A stretch of 63,972 bases of DNA, filler included, from an uncultured Methanosarcinales archaeon (GTDB lineage: Archaea; Nanobdellota; Nanobdellia; Woesearchaeales; GW2011-AR9): the NCBI GenBank assembly GCA_964434885.1. It is 7 parts of 5 records of this genome, joined end to end, with 100 filler letters (N's around TTAATTAATTAA, not from the genome) between each part and the next. Parts side by side here need not be neighbours in the genome. Positions count along the whole stretch, not along the records: positions 57,014 to 63,972 come from CAYSWQ010000046.1; 6 more parts are not named here. The stretch is one strand, 5' to 3'. The notes beneath the pieces were generated by a model. It did no database searches and was not told where the DNA came from. It worked only from the letters and a program-made list of their open reading frames with translations. The translations under genes were made by a program, and so were the position numbers. Below are positions 61,289-63,972 of this stretch, one piece after another. Position 1 is the first letter of the stretch, and every line of letters starts with the position of its first letter.

Positions 61289-61951
61289 TTAAAAGTTTAA
61301 ATTATATTCAAAATAATCATCCCAAGGGTTTTCTAGTTCCATCATCTGTTTTCTTGTGAGTTTTTCAAAGTATTTTCTAAATGGTCTCATTGAGTTTCCA
61401 TGGGCAGAAATAGCAACATTGACTTTTTCTTTCTTCATTTTTTTGATGATATCTTTGATAAATGAGTTAACTCGTTTTTCGACATCTTTAATAGATTCTC
61501 CGCCCGGGGGAGGAATATCGTAAGAGCGTCTGATGATTTTTAATTCTGCTTCTCCCATCTTTTTGATAAAGTCTTGTTTTTCTTTGCCAGCTAAATGGTC
61601 GATTTTGTGCCAGTGTAACAATGTTTTGTATGAATCTAAACCTTCTTTTTTGACAAAAGCAGAATGAGATTTGCCCTGTAATTTTCCATAAGAACGTTCA
61701 ATCATCCGATCGTCAGTAAGAATGGTTTGGCATTCCGGATGGAATTTTAAAACGTGTTTTAAGGTATTTTTGGAACGAGATAACTTAGTTTGATAAGCCA
61801 CTTGGAATTTTTTCTTTTTTAATTTGGTGGCAACTTTTTTGGCATCTCTAATCCCTTTCGGTGTTAGTTTAGAATCTTTCCAACCAGTAAAAACATGATT
61901 CTTGTTGTAATAAGTTTGCCCATGACGGAACAAATAGATTTTTAGTTTCAT
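61289..61951 (-). CDS. gpmA: Cofactor-dependent phosphoglycerate mutase / histidine phosphatase
   Basis: RHGQT..N..FTGW.D, ERSYG.LQG, RRSYDIPPPGGES, SAHGNSMR. Confidence 0.88.
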   Translation of the reverse strand: MKLKIYLFRHGQTYYNKNHVFTGWKDSKLTPKGIRDAKKVATKLKKKKFQVAYQTKLSRSKNTLKHVLKFHPECQTILTDDRMIERSYGKLQGKSHSAFVKKEGLDSYKTLLHWHKIDHLAGKEKQDFIKKMGEAELKIIRRSYDIPPPGGESIKDVEKRVNSFIKDIIKKMKKEKVNVAISAHGNSMRPFRKYFEKLTRKQMMELENPWDDYFEYNLNF

Positions 61952-62000
61952 TTTCCTCTTTTTGTTGAGAAATTGTTTTAGAATTAATAAAAGTTTGGTT

Positions 62001-63344
62001 TTATAATTTGTTAATACGAAACCTATTAGTTTCTCGACGTTTGATTTTCCAGTATGGCTCGTTAAGAGGATTTTTCTTTTTCTCTAAATTTGGTAAAACT
62101 TTGTTAACAATTGCTCGATATAAATGTAAGTATTCATTAGGTTGGGATTCGTTGAAATAATTAACAAAAGCGGAATAGCAAGCAATAGCTTCATCTAAAT
62201 GAGTATTATTCAGTTCACATAATTCAGAAGCAGCCTTTCCAGCATTAACAAAAGTAATTGCGGAATGAACAGGATTAAATGATTTGGATTTGGTAGCTCC
62301 ACTAAAATTATCTTGGTATTCTTGTTGTTTCCAGAATATTTTGTTGGTCAAATCATCTGCCAATTCAGCACGTTTCCGAGCTGCTTCGGCACGATAAGAA
62401 TACAAATGAGCTTCATGATTACGATTATGATGGTGGGCTAAAGAAATCGCCTCGGAATAATGTTCAAAGGCGTTTTCTAGGATTTGGGTGGCTTTTTCAA
62501 CTGAGGAAATTGCCGCTAAGTCTAATTCTGCCTGAGCTTGATAACCTAGTTGAGTAGCGGAAAACTTAGGATCATTTTCTTTCACTTCTTGAGCACATAA
62601 TCCACGACATTGGATAGTCGTTTGTAGTAAAAGTGTTTTAGTTTCTAAATCTTCTGTTAAAATGGCTAAATTTTGTGTAGCCTGAGCCTTAAATGCATTG
62701 ATATATAAATTAGTATTAACATCCAGGTCAAGACAATTTTGTTCAGCTTGTTCATAATCTTGAAATGCTTGAAGTAATAATTTTTGTTTAGTAGCGGTTT
62801 CTGGGATTTGTTGTGACAATTGAATTTCTAATTCTCCTTTGATAATGTATTGAGAAACTTGATGACGAGGATCAAATCTGGCAGCCCAATTGATACCTTG
62901 TTGACAATCTTCAATACCATTTTCTAACCAATAAATTTTAGTACTAGTTTCTTTGGCTAGATTAGCTAACTCTTTGGCAAATCTTGCTTTGTCAGTGTAT
63001 AAATGGGCCTTTAAATTTTGGATAGCCTTAACACAAGATTGTTTAAGATAACTGGGAGAATTGGTTTCCTGGATACTTAAATCGGCATAATTATAGAAAA
63101 ATTCTAAATCTTGAGAAGAAAAATTTGATTGATTCCAGCCAAAACTGCGTAAATCTAATCCATTGTCAACAGAATCAAAAATAATTCTTCCGGCTTTAAC
63201 AAAAAACTTAGAATACAAAACTTCATTTGAGATATCTGAGCCACTATAAAAACTATCTAAATTATCTAAAACATATTTGACTAATTTTGGATTAATTCTT
63301 GTTTCACTGGCTTGAACTAATCTTTCTAATCTTTCTAAAGTCAT
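62001..63344 (-). CDS. TPR-like helical repeat protein
   Basis: About 47-aa repeats: KAHLYTDKA, DPRHQVSQY, DPKFSATQLGYQA, NRNHEAHLYSYRA, NPVHSAITFVNAG. Confidence 0.7.
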   Translation of the reverse strand: MTLERLERLVQASETRINPKLVKYVLDNLDSFYSGSDISNEVLYSKFFVKAGRIIFDSVDNGLDLRSFGWNQSNFSSQDLEFFYNYADLSIQETNSPSYLKQSCVKAIQNLKAHLYTDKARFAKELANLAKETSTKIYWLENGIEDCQQGINWAARFDPRHQVSQYIIKGELEIQLSQQIPETATKQKLLLQAFQDYEQAEQNCLDLDVNTNLYINAFKAQATQNLAILTEDLETKTLLLQTTIQCRGLCAQEVKENDPKFSATQLGYQAQAELDLAAISSVEKATQILENAFEHYSEAISLAHHHNRNHEAHLYSYRAEAARKRAELADDLTNKIFWKQQEYQDNFSGATKSKSFNPVHSAITFVNAGKAASELCELNNTHLDEAIACYSAFVNYFNESQPNEYLHLYRAIVNKVLPNLEKKKNPLNEPYWKIKRRETNRFRINKL

Positions 63345-63458
63345 AATTTGTGAGAATGGGTTGTTTTTATAAATATTTCCCTTGGAGTAGTAAATGAACT
63401 AATTTGTTATGGTTCAGTAAATCTAAATCTTTAAATATTTCAATGATTTAGTATTGAT

Positions 63459-63803
63459 ATGGAAAATGCAAACCTAAATTCTGAAAACTTTGAAATAAAT
63501 TTTAAGGGATTGGAGCAAACCAAGTTGAAGGATCGACAGAAAAGACACTTGAAGGAAATCGCTGCCCATGAGGCAGGTAAACTACAATATTGGATTGATG
63601 ACCAGTTTAGTATAACATTAAGGATTAAAGAATATGATCCAGATAGTAAGAAACAAAGATATTCTATTGGGATGCGAGTTGAATATCCTGGAAAAATACT
63701 TGATTCTGAAAGAAGTCAAAGAGATACTTGGGACATAAAAGTAGCTTTGAGAAAAGCATTTGATAGTGTTAAGAATAACTTAGAAAAAGATGTGAAAAAA
63801 TAA
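63459..63803 (+). CDS. HPF/RaiA-like (ribosome hibernation fold) protein
   Basis: beta-alpha-beta-beta-beta-alpha pattern: INFKG..helix..ITLRIKE..RYSIGMRV..WDIKVALRKAFD. Confidence 0.55.
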   Translation: MENANLNSENFEINFKGLEQTKLKDRQKRHLKEIAAHEAGKLQYWIDDQFSITLRIKEYDPDSKKQRYSIGMRVEYPGKILDSERSQRDTWDIKVALRKAFDSVKNNLEKDVKK

Positions 63804-63804
63804 A

Positions 63805-63972
63805 TTAAATTTCTTCTTCTTTTTTCTTTCTAAATTTTTCAGCGTTTTCTTGGTTGACAAAACGATATCTTTGACCATCAATTTCAATTTCAACAACTGA
63901 ATCTTCACCCATTAAAGGTTCGCCAGTTAAAGCATCTTTAGCTAATTGTCCACCACCAGAAGCGCCTTCCAT
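63805..63972 (-). CDS. YHS/TRASH-like domain, possibly the C-terminus of a gene starting beyond the window
   Basis: AKDALTGEPL...EIDGQRYRFVNQENAEKF*. Confidence 0.5.
   Translation of the reverse strand: MEGASGGGQLAKDALTGEPLMGEDSVVEIEIDGQRYRFVNQENAEKFRKKKEEEI

Noticed and set aside
1..63972. CRISPR array, tRNA/rRNA genes, DGR template-variable repeats, IS transposases
   Set aside because: No regularly spaced repeats, cloverleafs, reverse transcriptase or transposase motifs were seen by eye. Weak signals could have been missed without tools.

Overview
This AT-rich (roughly 30% GC) archaeal sequence is most likely from a DPANN/Woesearchaeota-like draft genome. That is inferred from archaeal information genes, bacterial-type gyrA, TrmB/Lrp expansions and many orphan ORFs. 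The window is not contiguous: six artificial 100-nt spacers (N44-TTAATTAATTAA-N44) join seven contigs, A 1-11326, B 11427-25559, C 25660-42338, D 42439-49319, E 49420-51212, F 51313-56913 and G 57014-63972. Adjacency across spacers means nothing. Housekeeping content includes SSB-pop5-psmA-SBDS-rrp4, scpB, gyrA, a DEAD-box helicase, EMC3-like, rpl34e/rpl14e, pheST, pelota, ribL, dph5/dph6, cca and gpmA. Best leads: (1) An integrative-element-like island (about 20.9-25.6 kb) has a catalytic-domain-only tyrosine recombinase coupled to a helical partner and an Hjc resolvase, plus an orphan divergent KaiB homolog with no KaiC nearby. (2) A conjugative-element fragment (contig D) has a VirB4 fused to a PD-(D/E)XK-like domain, an HTH-less serine recombinase with a Q/P/N tail, and a TrmB-controlled DUF2156 plus methyltransferase cargo pair. 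(3) An unannotated 135-nt, 48% GC rod-shaped RNA candidate lies at 12224-12358. (4) A >2800-aa beta-helix surface protein carries a mirror-symmetric 26-Cys insert that looks like a disulfide-laddered helical hairpin. All family calls come from motif recognition by eye; no database search was run.
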